Of a stretch of 58,715 nucleotides of DNA, positions 1 through 12,000 are shown piece by piece. Source of the stretch: an uncultured virus (IMG/VR IMGVR_UViG_3300021473_000001). Taxonomy: Duplodnaviria; Heunggongvirae; Uroviricota; Caudoviricetes. Made by a program: the position numbers and the translations under genes. Numbering within the stretch: the first letter of the stretch is position 1; each line of letters opens with the position of its first letter. Under the pieces are notes generated by a model. That model saw only the letters and a list, made by a program, of their open reading frames with translations. It did not search any database and was not told the DNA's origin. The stretch lies in IMG/VR virus record IMGVR_UViG_3300021473_000001; one strand, written 5' to 3'.

Positions 1-3000
1 CAAGATTTTGAAACTAGAACATCTGAAAGAGCTGATGGAGCTAAAGGTGTACAATTAAAAGTCAATCTCAAGGAAGCATATGATGAGGATATGTACACTG
101 ACTTCATGAGAGAGTTGAGAGATATAGATCCTGTGTTATATAACAACTTAGTTGATTATGCTCTTCTTCAAGGAACATATCAAACATCTATGAGTTTCAA
201 AAACATCATTCCTTTGGAAGATTATGCAGCAAAGGTCAAACCTATCATTGATAGATTAAATATTTCTGATGAATTGGAAGCATTTGCAAATGGTGTATTC
301 CAGAGAGCTAATTGGAAAGATGATGATATTGTTCCAATATTCGTTCCAAAATATTTCGAAGAACATAGTGATGAGGATGATTATGGTAATCTTTTAACTA
401 ATTATTTCACATACAATCTTCCTAAAATACCAAAGATACCAAAAGGAATTAGTGAAGCAGAAAAACAACAACGTAAAGAAGAAAATCACAAACTCAGTCG
501 TGATAGACGTATCATATTGATTAATCCAAAATACAACTTCCTAGAGAGTAAGCATGACTTTATCAAGATCCCAAGGAAGATAGCTATTTCAGATGACAAT
601 TATATTGACTTCTTAGATAATTGGACTATCACTGGATATGAGTTTGGACAGATGAAGGCCAAAGGTGATCTTTCAATCAAAGAATACTATGGCTATCAGA
701 AGCTTAGAGATCTCCAAGGAAATCCTGTTGTTGATGCTGAAGGCTCTTTTATCTACAAGCAGGTTAATCTTCTAGGTGATGGTAATCTTACAACAGAATT
801 CTATCCTGATGATAGAGCATCTGTCATTGACAATGGTACAGCTAAAGTAGGTCAAACTGGTGACGCTATTGATAAAGCTGTAATTGCTAATGTTAATAGC
901 AAACTTACATACGAATTGGATATTGAACGTAAGATCTCTGAAACGTATGAAGATAATAAAGAAGTTCAAGATAAGTTGAATAAGTTATTAGATTGGGCTA
1001 AAGAAAGTAAAAAAGCAAATGCGTTACTTCCTATAGATTTTCTGGATGATAGTGTTAAACTTCCTATCATAGCATCATTTAAAGAACGATATGATGCATT
1101 GCAAAAAGATACCTATGTTTCTTTTGCAGTAGAGTACAAAAAGATCCATCTCTATGCTAAAAAGGCAGAAATAGTAGATGCTTGGGACGTTTATAATAAT
1201 CAATTAAAAACCAAGTTTAACAATGATGTCTATGTAGCATTTAAGAATGCTATAATCAATAATACAACATCTGTTGCTAAACCTGAACCTGTAGCTACTC
1301 CTACTCCACAACAGTCTGGTCAAAGAGAATATACTCCAGAGAACATCACATCATTGAAATCTAATGAAGTGTTTGTATTTGGTAGTAATGAAGGTACTTC
1401 GAAAGGAGGACCACAAACTCATGGTAAAGGAGCTGCTTTATTAGCTAAACAAAAGTTTGGAGCTATACAGGGACAGGCTAGAGGTTTGCAAGGGCAGTCT
1501 TATGCAGTAGTTACTAAGAAACATTGGGATGTTGAAAAATCATCCACTCTTCAGGAAATATTAGCTGAATTAGAAGAAATGAATCAATTTGCTTATAAAC
1601 ATCCTGATAAAAAGTTGTTGGTTACAAAACTAGGAAGTTCTCTTGCTGGATATAGTATATCTGAAATAAAAAATTTATTTAAAGAACTTAACGAATATGA
1701 AGGTATTGCAGATAATATAATTCTTCCTAAGGAATATGAAGTAAGAGATGAAGTTCCTATTCAAAAGAAAGAAGAAATTCCTTCAGAGCCAGTTGAGACT
1801 GGTATAGCTGGTGATGCTGTATATAGATACTATGGTAGAGAATACTTTATTCACACTTTAGATGGGAAAGCTATTGATGTCGAAGGATATAAGGGTAAGA
1901 ATGTTGACAAGCAGAAATTGATGGATGCTTTCAATAAAGATCCTAACATCGATCCTCAGAATAATAAACCTTTCCAGCAACTACCAGATCTTGGACAAGA
2001 TATGAAAGATTTATATAATCGATCAGAGTATAAATCAGACGAGGAAGAATCTATTGATGATAGGGCAGAGAAAGACAATCCTGAGACAAATCATCAAGGA
2101 ACATTCTCATATAAAGGCAAGACTATCAAGACACAATTCACGTTAACTGGTAGCCAGGAAAAGGCCATGGAAGCGTTGTCAGACTTTGCTACTACACAAG
2201 ATGAGAGAGTAATTACATTACAAGGAGCTGCTGGAACAGGCAAGACTTCAGTGATTGGTTATCTTCAGAATTATTTAGGAGGTAGGTATAACTTTGTTTA
2301 TTTAGCTCCTACTCACGCTGCTGTAGCAGAATTAGGTTTTGCTACTATCAAAACTGGTAGTAGAAGCTTACCTTTCACTGTACAATCTTCTATTACTGAG
2401 AAATATGATCCTATCAAGCAGAGTTACACAACGATTGCTACTAAAAAATTCAAAGATAGATTAGGTTTGAGTAATAACGTAATAGTGATTGATGAGTCAT
2501 CTATGTTATCAGGTAAAGATTATGATAGAATTAAGAAAGTAGCAGAAAGTATGGATTTGAAGATTATCTTCATGGGAGATATTATGCAGATTCCTGAAGT
2601 AAATATTTCAAATCCAGAGAAGAAACTTGTATCAAAAGCATTCACTGATAATAAACAAGTAACGTTAACAGAGGTAAAAAGAACTTCAAACGATACAATG
2701 TTAAAAGCCCTGGGATATATTAGAGAGAACCCTAATGGTAAAATTCCTGTAGTAGAAGGCAGTGATGATATCCAATATCTTAATGAGATGGAATTTAATA
2801 GGGCTTTAGCTAAGAAAATACAAGAAGAACCAGAGGATACAATGTTAATCTCTTATACGAATGCTTCAGTTAAAGCTGTTAATAACAAGATTAAGAAAGC
2901 CTTAGGTTTCGAGGGTGATCCTAAAGAGGGTCTTGCTATTGTAGGATATGGTGGATATAACACTAAACAGATTGAGAATCAAAATATTGCTAACAGTATT

Positions 3001-3867
3001 AGATATATTATTACTAGTGTAACCAAAAATGGTTCGCAGTATAATATTGTTGCTAAATCTAAGAAGTTAGGAATGCTAAAGAAAGCTGGTGTAAATGTAT
3101 CTGAGAAAGCAACTTCTAGATATTTACAACTTAGTAATAGTGATGCGTTAACTTTTCAAGAATTGACACAAGCAGATTTCGATGAGAATAACGCAACCAT
3201 TAGTAGAATGATGGTAGATCTACTTGCTGCAAAGAAATATGCAATAAGTTCTAAGACTGGTGCTGCCTGGGCACAATTCTATAATAAACTTGAATCAGTT
3301 GGTGCATATTTTATGGAAACTAATTTAGGAGGTGATTATATTTTTAATCCTGAAACAGGAAGTATGGAATCTCTTAATTTGCAAGATAAAACATCAGGAC
3401 ATGCTGAAATCAAGAAAGACTTCCCAGAGATGGTTGTAGAGAAAGGTATTGATTATGGCTATGCTGTAACGATTCACAAGAGTCAAGGTACTACTATAAA
3501 GAATGTATTCTTTGATGCATCTACATTACCAAGATATGATAGTTCTAAACTATACAGTAACGGTAAACAGATCTCCACTGAGAAACATGCATTGTTATAT
3601 GTAGGAATGTCCAGGGCATCAGGCTCGTTGTTTATTAACAAAGAAAACCCTGAACATTTCTATATACCTGGACAAGAAAAATCTGTATCTTTACAAGGAC
3701 AAGACACAATAAAAGGATTCTACAACAGTCTTACTGCTGAGCAATTATCTAAATTAGAAGCTCTTGGATTAGGAACCCTTGAAAAATTAAATCAAGATTT
3801 TGAAAGTGTTCCTATACATGATTATACTCAATCAGAATTTATCGAAGATTTAAAATGTAAACTATGA
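1..3867 (+). CDS. C-terminal part of a giant crAss-type virion protein with an A1S_2505-like domain and a Dda/RecD-like SF1B helicase domain (5' truncated)
   Basis: Frame is open from base 1 to the Met at 91. Motifs EVFVFGSN...HGKGAA...GQSYA; helicase motifs GAAGTGKT, DESSM, GDIMQIPEV, YAVTIHKSQG, LYVGMSRA. Confidence 0.75.
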   Translation, partial: QDFETRTSERADGAKGVQLKVNLKEAYDEDMYTDFMRELRDIDPVLYNNLVDYALLQGTYQTSMSFKNIIPLEDYAAKVKPIIDRLNISDELEAFANGVFQRANWKDDDIVPIFVPKYFEEHSDEDDYGNLLTNYFTYNLPKIPKIPKGISEAEKQQRKEENHKLSRDRRIILINPKYNFLESKHDFIKIPRKIAISDDNYIDFLDNWTITGYEFGQMKAKGDLSIKEYYGYQKLRDLQGNPVVDAEGSFIYKQVNLLGDGNLTTEFYPDDRASVIDNGTAKVGQTGDAIDKAVIANVNSKLTYELDIERKISETYEDNKEVQDKLNKLLDWAKESKKANALLPIDFLDDSVKLPIIASFKERYDALQKDTYVSFAVEYKKIHLYAKKAEIVDAWDVYNNQLKTKFNNDVYVAFKNAIINNTTSVAKPEPVATPTPQQSGQREYTPENITSLKSNEVFVFGSNEGTSKGGPQTHGKGAALLAKQKFGAIQGQARGLQGQSYAVVTKKHWDVEKSSTLQEILAELEEMNQFAYKHPDKKLLVTKLGSSLAGYSISEIKNLFKELNEYEGIADNIILPKEYEVRDEVPIQKKEEIPSEPVETGIAGDAVYRYYGREYFIHTLDGKAIDVEGYKGKNVDKQKLMDAFNKDPNIDPQNNKPFQQLPDLGQDMKDLYNRSEYKSDEEESIDDRAEKDNPETNHQGTFSYKGKTIKTQFTLTGSQEKAMEALSDFATTQDERVITLQGAAGTGKTSVIGYLQNYLGGRYNFVYLAPTHAAVAELGFATIKTGSRSLPFTVQSSITEKYDPIKQSYTTIATKKFKDRLGLSNNVIVIDESSMLSGKDYDRIKKVAESMDLKIIFMGDIMQIPEVNISNPEKKLVSKAFTDNKQVTLTEVKRTSNDTMLKALGYIRENPNGKIPVVEGSDDIQYLNEMEFNRALAKKIQEEPEDTMLISYTNASVKAVNNKIKKALGFEGDPKEGLAIVGYGGYNTKQIENQNIANSIRYIITSVTKNGSQYNIVAKSKKLGMLKKAGVNVSEKATSRYLQLSNSDALTFQELTQADFDENNATISRMMVDLLAAKKYAISSKTGAAWAQFYNKLESVGAYFMETNLGGDYIFNPETGSMESLNLQDKTSGHAEIKKDFPEMVVEKGIDYGYAVTIHKSQGTTIKNVFFDASTLPRYDSSKLYSNGKQISTEKHALLYVGMSRASGSLFINKENPEHFYIPGQEKSVSLQGQDTIKGFYNSLTAEQLSKLEALGLGTLEKLNQDFESVPIHDYTQSEFIEDLKCKL

Positions 3868-6800
3868 TGGGCTGTATAAATACAAATACTCCTGGATTTA
3901 AAAAGATTGCTGATGTATATGGCAAATCTCTGGCTGAAAGGTTTGTAAGAGGATATAGTAAAAATGTCAAAGGACTAACTGATGATTTTTACTATCCTAA
4001 TCTTACTGAAATTAAGGATTGGTTAACAGTTGATAAATCAAGAATTGTTAATAATGTCTCAGTGGCATTAGAAGAAAATCCTCAACTCTCAGCAGAAGGT
4101 ATAAAGGGTCTATTGAGTGGAGTAATACATAGTTTCAATGATACATTGTTTATAACTACTGGTCCTACTGTATCTCCTTTGTTGATCAGACCTGAGGTAA
4201 GGGATACAATTTTTAATCCTCATGTTAAAATCATAAGAGAGTTAGCTGATAGGTTCCCTCAGATAATTAGTATTAGGGAGACTAATAATACATATAGGAA
4301 GATTATAGAAATACGTCCTCAAGAAGTAGATCAACAAGGTGTGCTATTCTCAAAGTCTGGGACTACATCAAGCTCAAGAGCTTCTACTAAAACAGTCTCT
4401 GCAGTAAAAGATTTTTTGAAACGTATTGGTGTAAATATTCAAAGTCTGGAACAGATTAGTGTAAATGGTATAAAGCAAGATGCTAATGGTGCTGCATTTA
4501 TTATGCAGAAGTTAATTCAAGTAGTACAGGGAGCTGAAGTTGGTGTTCTTCCTGAAGAAGCAATGCACTTTGCTGTAGCCATCATTAAACAAACTAATCC
4601 TGCTTTATATAAGAAATTACTAAGTGAGGTTAATGGATTTAAACTTCTCGATAATATAAATAAGGTATATGGAACAGATCCATTATATAGAGGTAAAGAT
4701 GGTAAACCTGATGTAAATAAACTTAAAGAAGAAGCCATAGCAAAAATTCTTGCAGAAATTATTATCAATAAATCTGAAGGAGTAACAGAAAGACCTGAAC
4801 TATTAAGTAAGGTGGGTGGATGGTGGAGAGCTATAATCGATTGGTTTAAAGAAAAGTTTATAACTAGTGGGTTTGATCAAGCTGCTATGGATATCCTATC
4901 TGGTAAAGACATAGGTACAGCTGAAGACATTAGAGAAGAAAGTGATAAAGTCTTTCTTCAGAAGGATGCTCAAACTATGATTTTTGATAAACTGGATACT
5001 GTTTCAAATTCAATCATTAAAAAAGAAGATCAACCTAATGAGGACGATAATGGTTACTATATAGGAAAAATTAAAATTCCTCGTAGAGTAACAGATCTAA
5101 TTAAAGGTTGGTATGAAAGACGTTTCAAAGATAAAGATCTAACTAAGAGTGATTTCCAAAAAGCAATTGATGATCTTAAAGCTGAGAAAGGAACAGCTGG
5201 TCATGCTGCTCTAGAGTTTGCATTTCATAAACTTGTTGATACTAATGGATATTTAAGAGTCTCCATTGAGGATGATAGTGATTACGATGCTGTATTCAAA
5301 AATTTTAAAGAAGCTTTCGAAAGAGATAAATATGAGATATTACGAGACAATCTCGAAGCACGTTTAAAATCATTCAAAGATGGTACTAGATTTAAATCAG
5401 AGGTTATTGTACATGATCCTACTCGTGGAGTTGCTGGAACAATAGACTTTTTAGCAGTTGAACAATCTGGGAAAACACATATTTTGGATTGGAAGTTTAT
5501 GAATCTGGGTAAGAAATATGAAGATGTTCCTTGGTATAAAGTAACTGCCTGGAATAATCAAATGACACAATATAAACTTATCCTTCAGAATGCATATGGT
5601 ATTAAGTCTGAGGATTTTGGTCAGACACGAATGATTCCTATTCAAGCTAACTACAGTGAAGCAAATGCCAAATTAAATATTCTTCCAAAACTAACTGATA
5701 TAGTAATTGGTGATGTTGATGTTAAAAAGATTTCACAGAACTATTTACTTCCTGTAGGACTTGAATCAGAGAAAACAGGGATCAAAGAGGTAGATATACT
5801 GATTGAGAAGTTGAATGCTATGTATAGGCGATTCTCTGAAAAGAAAGTGCTACCTTCAGATAAACAAACTAAAGCTGAACAGTTAAATACATTATTTACT
5901 GCTATCAGACAACTACAGATCAAAGGTGATTTAAAGCCATTGTTAGATCAATCAAAGATCTTGAATAAGCAAATCAAAGCTACTATTGAAAAGTACAATA
6001 CTGATTTTAAAGGTAAAGATCCTTTAAAGTTTACAGAAAAAGAAATAAATGACTTTGCTGGTGAATTACAAACTGCACAGGAAGCTATTCAAGTATATAC
6101 TGATCTTGACACAGGTCTTGCATCATTGTTTGAAGAAGATACCCCAGAGAATAGAGCATTACAACAAGATCTAAAAGATACAGTGTATGCTGCCAGACTT
6201 CTTGAAAAGAAAATGGAACACGTATTAAACGATTATGTTTCAGATATAATTGCTAAAAGTGAAGGTATTGACAATTTATTATCTCCTGAAAAGATTATAA
6301 AAGGTATCACTAAATTATTCTCATCAACTGCCACTCTACAATTAAAAAGTATTGAACTTCTCTATAAGAAAGCTAATAAAGCATTTTACTATTCAGGAGT
6401 AGATACACTAGCTGAAAGTAAAGAACTTGAAGAGTTAAAGAAAAATTATGAAGTATTAGCTGCTAAGAAAGGACTTAACAAGAAAACTTTCTTTGATCTA
6501 ATAAAAAAGAAAGATAAGAATGAACTTATTGATGAACACAAACCTGAATTTTACAAGACTCTCAGAAAGAAAATCCAAGAAAAGGATAGTACGTGGATTA
6601 AAGCTAATATCGATGTAGAAGCTTATAGAGAACATCTTAAAGTTAAACTAGCAGAAGAAATAGATAGAATAGAAAAAAGACATAGAGTTGGAACTGCTGC
6701 AGATGAAGCATCTACTATTAAAAAAGAGATCGCAAATGCAGAAGAACTATATTCAATATCATATGATAACTCTCCAGGATGGCTATTGAACGATCAAATT

Positions 6801-8954
6801 AAAAAGTTTCCAAAGGATATTTGGATATCTGATGAATGGAAACAATTAAATATTAAAGGTAACGAAGCTGCAAAAGATTTCTATGACTACATCATTAGGA
6901 AAAATAATGAATATCAAGATCTGGGATATATTAATAAACTAGAAGCCAGAGTATTTCTTCCATTCGTAAGAAAAGGACTAACAGAGAAACTTATTACAGG
7001 TGGACAGGTTAGACTTGGAGAACAGTTCTTTAGAGATATATCCATAGATGAAGGTGATATAGGTTATGGTCAGATTGATCCTCTCACTGGTAAAACTGTG
7101 AATGTTATTCCTAAATATTTTACGAGCGATATAACTGGTGAACTTAGTACTGATTTGTTTAGAACAATGGCTTTTTATAATGAAGCTGCTATTAGATATA
7201 AATATCTATCTCAAATTGAAGAACAAATTAAAGCAATTGTTGCTGTAGAAAAAACTAAGAAAGCTATCGCTACATCAATATTTGGCAAAACTGATTATAA
7301 TGAAACTACTGGAGAACTTCAAACTACTCCTGATAATAATGAGAATTCTAAACTTGTTGAAGATATGATGAAGGCTATTATATATGGTCAAAGATATATT
7401 ACAAGTGAGACTTTTGATCAATTACTATTTAAAATGGGTAGTTGGGGAACTACTTTTAATAAAAAACTTGGCCTAAAGATATTCCCTGAGGATCTTGAAG
7501 GAAGGCAAGTATCTGTTAATAAAATTATTTCACAATTAAACAATACGTTTCAATTAAGTACATTAGGTCTTAATTTGTTATCAGCATCGTCAAACCTTTT
7601 TGGTGGTAATTCCCACTCTATGATTAATGCTGGAACATATTTTACCAAGACTGACTACATTGCTGCTGAAGGAATGATTGTAATAAATAAGTTTAATGGC
7701 ACTAATCATAAACTAATGCTTGGAGCTCTTGAATACTTTCTTCCATTAACAGAAAACTATAATAGAGAAGTTGCTAAAAGGTTGAGTTTAAATAAATTAA
7801 CTGCAGAGAGTCTTCAAGATGGTCTTATGTATTTTATGAGACAATCAGATTGGAATGTTCAGACATCAAACTTTTATGCATATTTAAAGAATACAATTGT
7901 TCAAGATGGTCAAGTATTAAATGTTAGAGAATATCTTAGAACAACTGATAAATACAAAGATAAATATCAAGTTACTTCTGAACAACGATCTGCCCTCAAA
8001 GATGAATTTGAAAAAGATGTAAATGATCTTATTGATACTCAAGGAGTTCTCAAATTAGCTACAGTAGTAGATGATAAATTTACTATTCCTGGAGTAGATC
8101 AAAAATCACAATCTGTTGTTGAACTTAGAAGAAAAGTGCAACAAATAAGTAAGAATGCATTAGGTAATCTTAGTGAAGATGATCTTAGAACTATTAACAT
8201 GCAGATCTATGGTAAGAGTTTTATGGTCTTTAAGAACTGGATCCCTCGTCTTGTGGATGTTCGTATGGGAAATATGAAATATAATTCTGCTTCTGATGCT
8301 TATGAATGGGGTAGAATGCGAATGGTATTTAAAGTCTTATCTGATGATTTTCTTGGATCAATTGGTAATCTTAAAAATTCATTGATAGCAAATGAAAAAG
8401 GTGTAGATTACATGAGAGAACTTTTTGAAAAGAAAAAAGCTGAGTATAAAAAAGATACAGGTAAAACTCTCAACATGACTGAGACTCAATTTATGGATCT
8501 TGTAAGAAGTAATATTAAGGCTCAACTAATCGATGTTATATTTATGAGTATAATGATAGGTATGGTTATGGCTTTAAAAGCTTATGCACCACCAGATGAC
8601 GAAGATCCTGCAGTAAAGAGTCAATATAGATTTATGGTGAGGACCTTTGATAAATTTAAAGATGAACTTTCATATTTTTATGATCCTACAAGCTTCTTAG
8701 GATTAGTATCTAAAGGTATATTTCCATCTATATCACTGTTAGATAATATGACAAAAGGAACAAAAAATTTCATGATAGAAAACTGGGCAATTTCTACAGG
8801 TAATGAAAAACTTGAAAAAAGTAATCAAGTAATTAAATACTGGATGAAGGTTTTTCCATTTACAAATCAAATGATAGGATATTTACCAATGTTCTATCCT
8901 GAGTTAGCTAAAGACATGGGAGTTAAGATTCAAGCAAACTATGGTATAAGATAG
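3864..8954 (+). CDS. Giant crAss-type virion/ejected protein with a zincin-like region and a PD-(D/E)xK nuclease domain
   Basis: 1696 aa, ATGA overlap with the upstream gene. LPEEAMHF...EEAIAK (degenerate HExxH); GTAGH...AGTIDFL...ILDWK...YK nuclease motifs. Confidence 0.65.
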   Translation: MMGCINTNTPGFKKIADVYGKSLAERFVRGYSKNVKGLTDDFYYPNLTEIKDWLTVDKSRIVNNVSVALEENPQLSAEGIKGLLSGVIHSFNDTLFITTGPTVSPLLIRPEVRDTIFNPHVKIIRELADRFPQIISIRETNNTYRKIIEIRPQEVDQQGVLFSKSGTTSSSRASTKTVSAVKDFLKRIGVNIQSLEQISVNGIKQDANGAAFIMQKLIQVVQGAEVGVLPEEAMHFAVAIIKQTNPALYKKLLSEVNGFKLLDNINKVYGTDPLYRGKDGKPDVNKLKEEAIAKILAEIIINKSEGVTERPELLSKVGGWWRAIIDWFKEKFITSGFDQAAMDILSGKDIGTAEDIREESDKVFLQKDAQTMIFDKLDTVSNSIIKKEDQPNEDDNGYYIGKIKIPRRVTDLIKGWYERRFKDKDLTKSDFQKAIDDLKAEKGTAGHAALEFAFHKLVDTNGYLRVSIEDDSDYDAVFKNFKEAFERDKYEILRDNLEARLKSFKDGTRFKSEVIVHDPTRGVAGTIDFLAVEQSGKTHILDWKFMNLGKKYEDVPWYKVTAWNNQMTQYKLILQNAYGIKSEDFGQTRMIPIQANYSEANAKLNILPKLTDIVIGDVDVKKISQNYLLPVGLESEKTGIKEVDILIEKLNAMYRRFSEKKVLPSDKQTKAEQLNTLFTAIRQLQIKGDLKPLLDQSKILNKQIKATIEKYNTDFKGKDPLKFTEKEINDFAGELQTAQEAIQVYTDLDTGLASLFEEDTPENRALQQDLKDTVYAARLLEKKMEHVLNDYVSDIIAKSEGIDNLLSPEKIIKGITKLFSSTATLQLKSIELLYKKANKAFYYSGVDTLAESKELEELKKNYEVLAAKKGLNKKTFFDLIKKKDKNELIDEHKPEFYKTLRKKIQEKDSTWIKANIDVEAYREHLKVKLAEEIDRIEKRHRVGTAADEASTIKKEIANAEELYSISYDNSPGWLLNDQIKKFPKDIWISDEWKQLNIKGNEAAKDFYDYIIRKNNEYQDLGYINKLEARVFLPFVRKGLTEKLITGGQVRLGEQFFRDISIDEGDIGYGQIDPLTGKTVNVIPKYFTSDITGELSTDLFRTMAFYNEAAIRYKYLSQIEEQIKAIVAVEKTKKAIATSIFGKTDYNETTGELQTTPDNNENSKLVEDMMKAIIYGQRYITSETFDQLLFKMGSWGTTFNKKLGLKIFPEDLEGRQVSVNKIISQLNNTFQLSTLGLNLLSASSNLFGGNSHSMINAGTYFTKTDYIAAEGMIVINKFNGTNHKLMLGALEYFLPLTENYNREVAKRLSLNKLTAESLQDGLMYFMRQSDWNVQTSNFYAYLKNTIVQDGQVLNVREYLRTTDKYKDKYQVTSEQRSALKDEFEKDVNDLIDTQGVLKLATVVDDKFTIPGVDQKSQSVVELRRKVQQISKNALGNLSEDDLRTINMQIYGKSFMVFKNWIPRLVDVRMGNMKYNSASDAYEWGRMRMVFKVLSDDFLGSIGNLKNSLIANEKGVDYMRELFEKKKAEYKKDTGKTLNMTETQFMDLVRSNIKAQLIDVIFMSIMIGMVMALKAYAPPDDEDPAVKSQYRFMVRTFDKFKDELSYFYDPTSFLGLVSKGIFPSISLLDNMTKGTKNFMIENWAISTGNEKLEKSNQVIKYWMKVFPFTNQMIGYLPMFYPELAKDMGVKIQANYGIR

Positions 8955-9036
8955 CTATATTATGTCATTTATCTTTCTAAAATATAAAAACTTAAGGTAT
9001 AAATAATTAATTTTACATATCTCTAATACTACTACA

Positions 9037-12000
9037 ATGGATGTAAGATGTAATGCAATCCCATGTCCTATAACATTAAGTTCTGCCTGTGTATTCTATG
9101 AAGGAGAAAGGCTAGTCTATATAGGAGTTAATACCAATGATACAATAGAAGAGGCCCTTCAACATTTGAATGATGTTGTTAGAAATGGTGGATTTAGTGG
9201 TACAAATGGTACAAGTGGAACTAGTGGTATGGGTTCATCAGGTACTAATGGAACATCTGGAACATCTGGTACAACAGGTATAGATGGAACCTCTGGCATA
9301 GATGGTACATCAGGTACTAGTGGAACAACAGGCACTTCTGGTACAACAGGCACTAGTGGAACAACAGGAACATCTGGTACTACGGGAACAAGTGGTACAT
9401 CAGGATACGAAGGTAATCTTGCAATGTGGAGATTTTCTGATAATACAGATACTAACGTAGATCCAGGAAATGGTTATTTCACTCTTGATTCTCCTAGTTG
9501 GGGAGTATCAACTACATCCATTGCCATAGATAACTTTTCTTATAGTCCAAGTGTATCATTTGCTGCATATTTAGATTCAATGACTATCGGTAGTATAATC
9601 AAATTAGTTCAGGCTAATAATTCTGCTACATTTAAAATGTTACAAATTACTGCTGTAACCCCAATAGTCCCAGGCTTTGAGAATTATAATGTAATTCAAA
9701 TAGCATCAGGAGGAACAGATCCAAATCTCAATGATATATTCACAATTAATATATTAGGTATCCCTGGAACTTCAGGAACTTCTGGAACACGAGGAACTTC
9801 TGGAACAAGTGGAACTACAGGGACCTCTGGAACTACTGGCACAAGTGGTACAAGTGGAACATCTGGGACTAGTGGAACATCTGGTACAGATGGGACTAGT
9901 GGAACATCTGGTACAAGCGGTACATCAGCTACTAGTGGAACTTCGGGTACTGATGGAACTAGTGGAACAAGTGGAACCACAGGTACTAGTGGTACATCTG
10001 CGACTAGTGGAACCACAGGTACATCAGGTACAACTGGTACTAGTGGTACCACAGGCACAAGTGGTACCACAGGTACTTCTGGAACTTCAGCTACTGGTGG
10101 TACTAGTGGAACTAGTGGCACTTCTGCTACATCAGGGACTAGTGGAACTTCAGCAACTTCGGGTACAAGTGGTACTACAGGAACTAGTGGGACGTCTGGT
10201 ACAACAGGAACATCAGGTACAAGTGGTACGGATGGAACTGGAGGAACTAGTGGAACTACAGGTACTTCTGGTACTTCGGGATCTAGTGCTACATCAGGTA
10301 CGAGTGGAACTACAGGTACATCTGGAACTACAGGTACATCTGGGACAAGTGCAACAGATGGAACGGGTGGGACTTCTGGGACAAGCGGTTCATCTGCTAC
10401 ATCTGGTACATCAGGCACTAGTGGAACTTCAGGTACTAACGGAACTGGTGGAACTTCTGGTACTACTGGCACATCAGGGACTTCTGCTACTTCTGGTACA
10501 TCAGGAAGTGCAGGTTCAAGCGGTGTTAATGGTACCAGTGGTACAACAGGTACTTCAGGTACATCAGGTACAAGTGGTATAAATGGAACTAGTGGTACAA
10601 GTGGAAGTTCAGGATCTAGCAGTACATCAGGAAGTTCTGGAACTTCAGCAACAAGCGGTACAACTGGTACAAGTGGAACAAGTGGGCTTGATGGTTCTGC
10701 TGGACAGATAACAGGACAAAGATTATATTATGATGTTGGATCAGATACTTTTTTAGTTCCTAGTTCCCAAGCGTCTGCAAGTAGATTATTCACATTTTCA
10801 GCAGCAGCAGGAACACTCACAGCATCAGGAGCATCACCAGGCAGTTTTATAACAGATGGATTTGTAGTAGGTCAGAAATTTACAGTGACCAACTCTGGAA
10901 CTGCTATGGACAATAACTCTTGGTGTATAAGAATAGTAACAGCAACTGTCATTACTGTAACCAATGGTTATGGATCTTTAACTAATTTAACAAATAGTAG
11001 TGCTGCTACTATAACCATTGATAATGAAAAACTTACCAGGATTCCATCAACAGGGGTAGTAACAACAGAATCATTAACTGGAATTACAAATGCGTCTGCT
11101 TTTGTTGCATTTGATAGTTATTGTACAGAGGTAGGTTATCCAGGAGTAGCTACTATTCTAGCAGGAATATGGAAATTTCATGGTAGATTTTCTGCTACAA
11201 ACGTTAGTTGTACAGCAGGATATGTTGTGTTAACAAGATCTCAGGATGGATTAACCACAACAGTTATATCTGGAGCAAATCCTGTAGGTGTAACTCCTGC
11301 TTTAAGTGGTACCATAACTGCTTATGATACACAATGGGTAATAACATCAAATATAGCGATTCTCAGTACAGATAGAATTATAATAAGAGCAGTTGGTATA
11401 AATAGTAGTGGCACAGCTCGTAACATGCAATGGCAATATCAAGGAACTACAGATCCTTCATATGTTGATACTACCCTTGTTGTATTAGGGGTAAATGGAA
11501 CATCAGGAACTAGCGGTACTTCAGGTACAAGTGCTACAAGTGGAACATCAGGCACCACAGGCACTAGTGGAAGCAGTGGTTCAAGTGCTACATCAGGAAC
11601 TAGCGGCACTACAGGTACAAGCGGTTCGTCAGGATCATCAGCTACTTCAGGTACTACTGGAACTAGTGGAACTTCTGCTACAAATGGTACAGGAGGAACA
11701 AGTGGAACGACAGGTACAAGTGGTAGTAGTGGAACATCTGCTACTTCAGGTACAAGTGGCACAACAGGTACTAGTGGAACAGCTGGTACAAGTGGAATGT
11801 CTGTATTTCCCCTATTGAACGATGAATGGTTGCCTACATATGATTTTGCTGGAAATCCTGCAAATCTTGTCAAATATTCCTTAGATAACATCATAGAGTT
11901 TGGAGCTCCTGTTGGTATAGATTCTCTCTATCATGTGCTTAATGCTGGGTTTAATGATATAGTTGATATTCCTGTTGATAGCACGTCACCTGATGGGACA

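Noticed and set aside
9159..11894. Val/Pro-rich - strand ORFs and alternative-frame + ORFs over the GTS tracts
   Set aside because: Shadow frames of the stop-poor tripeptide repeat.
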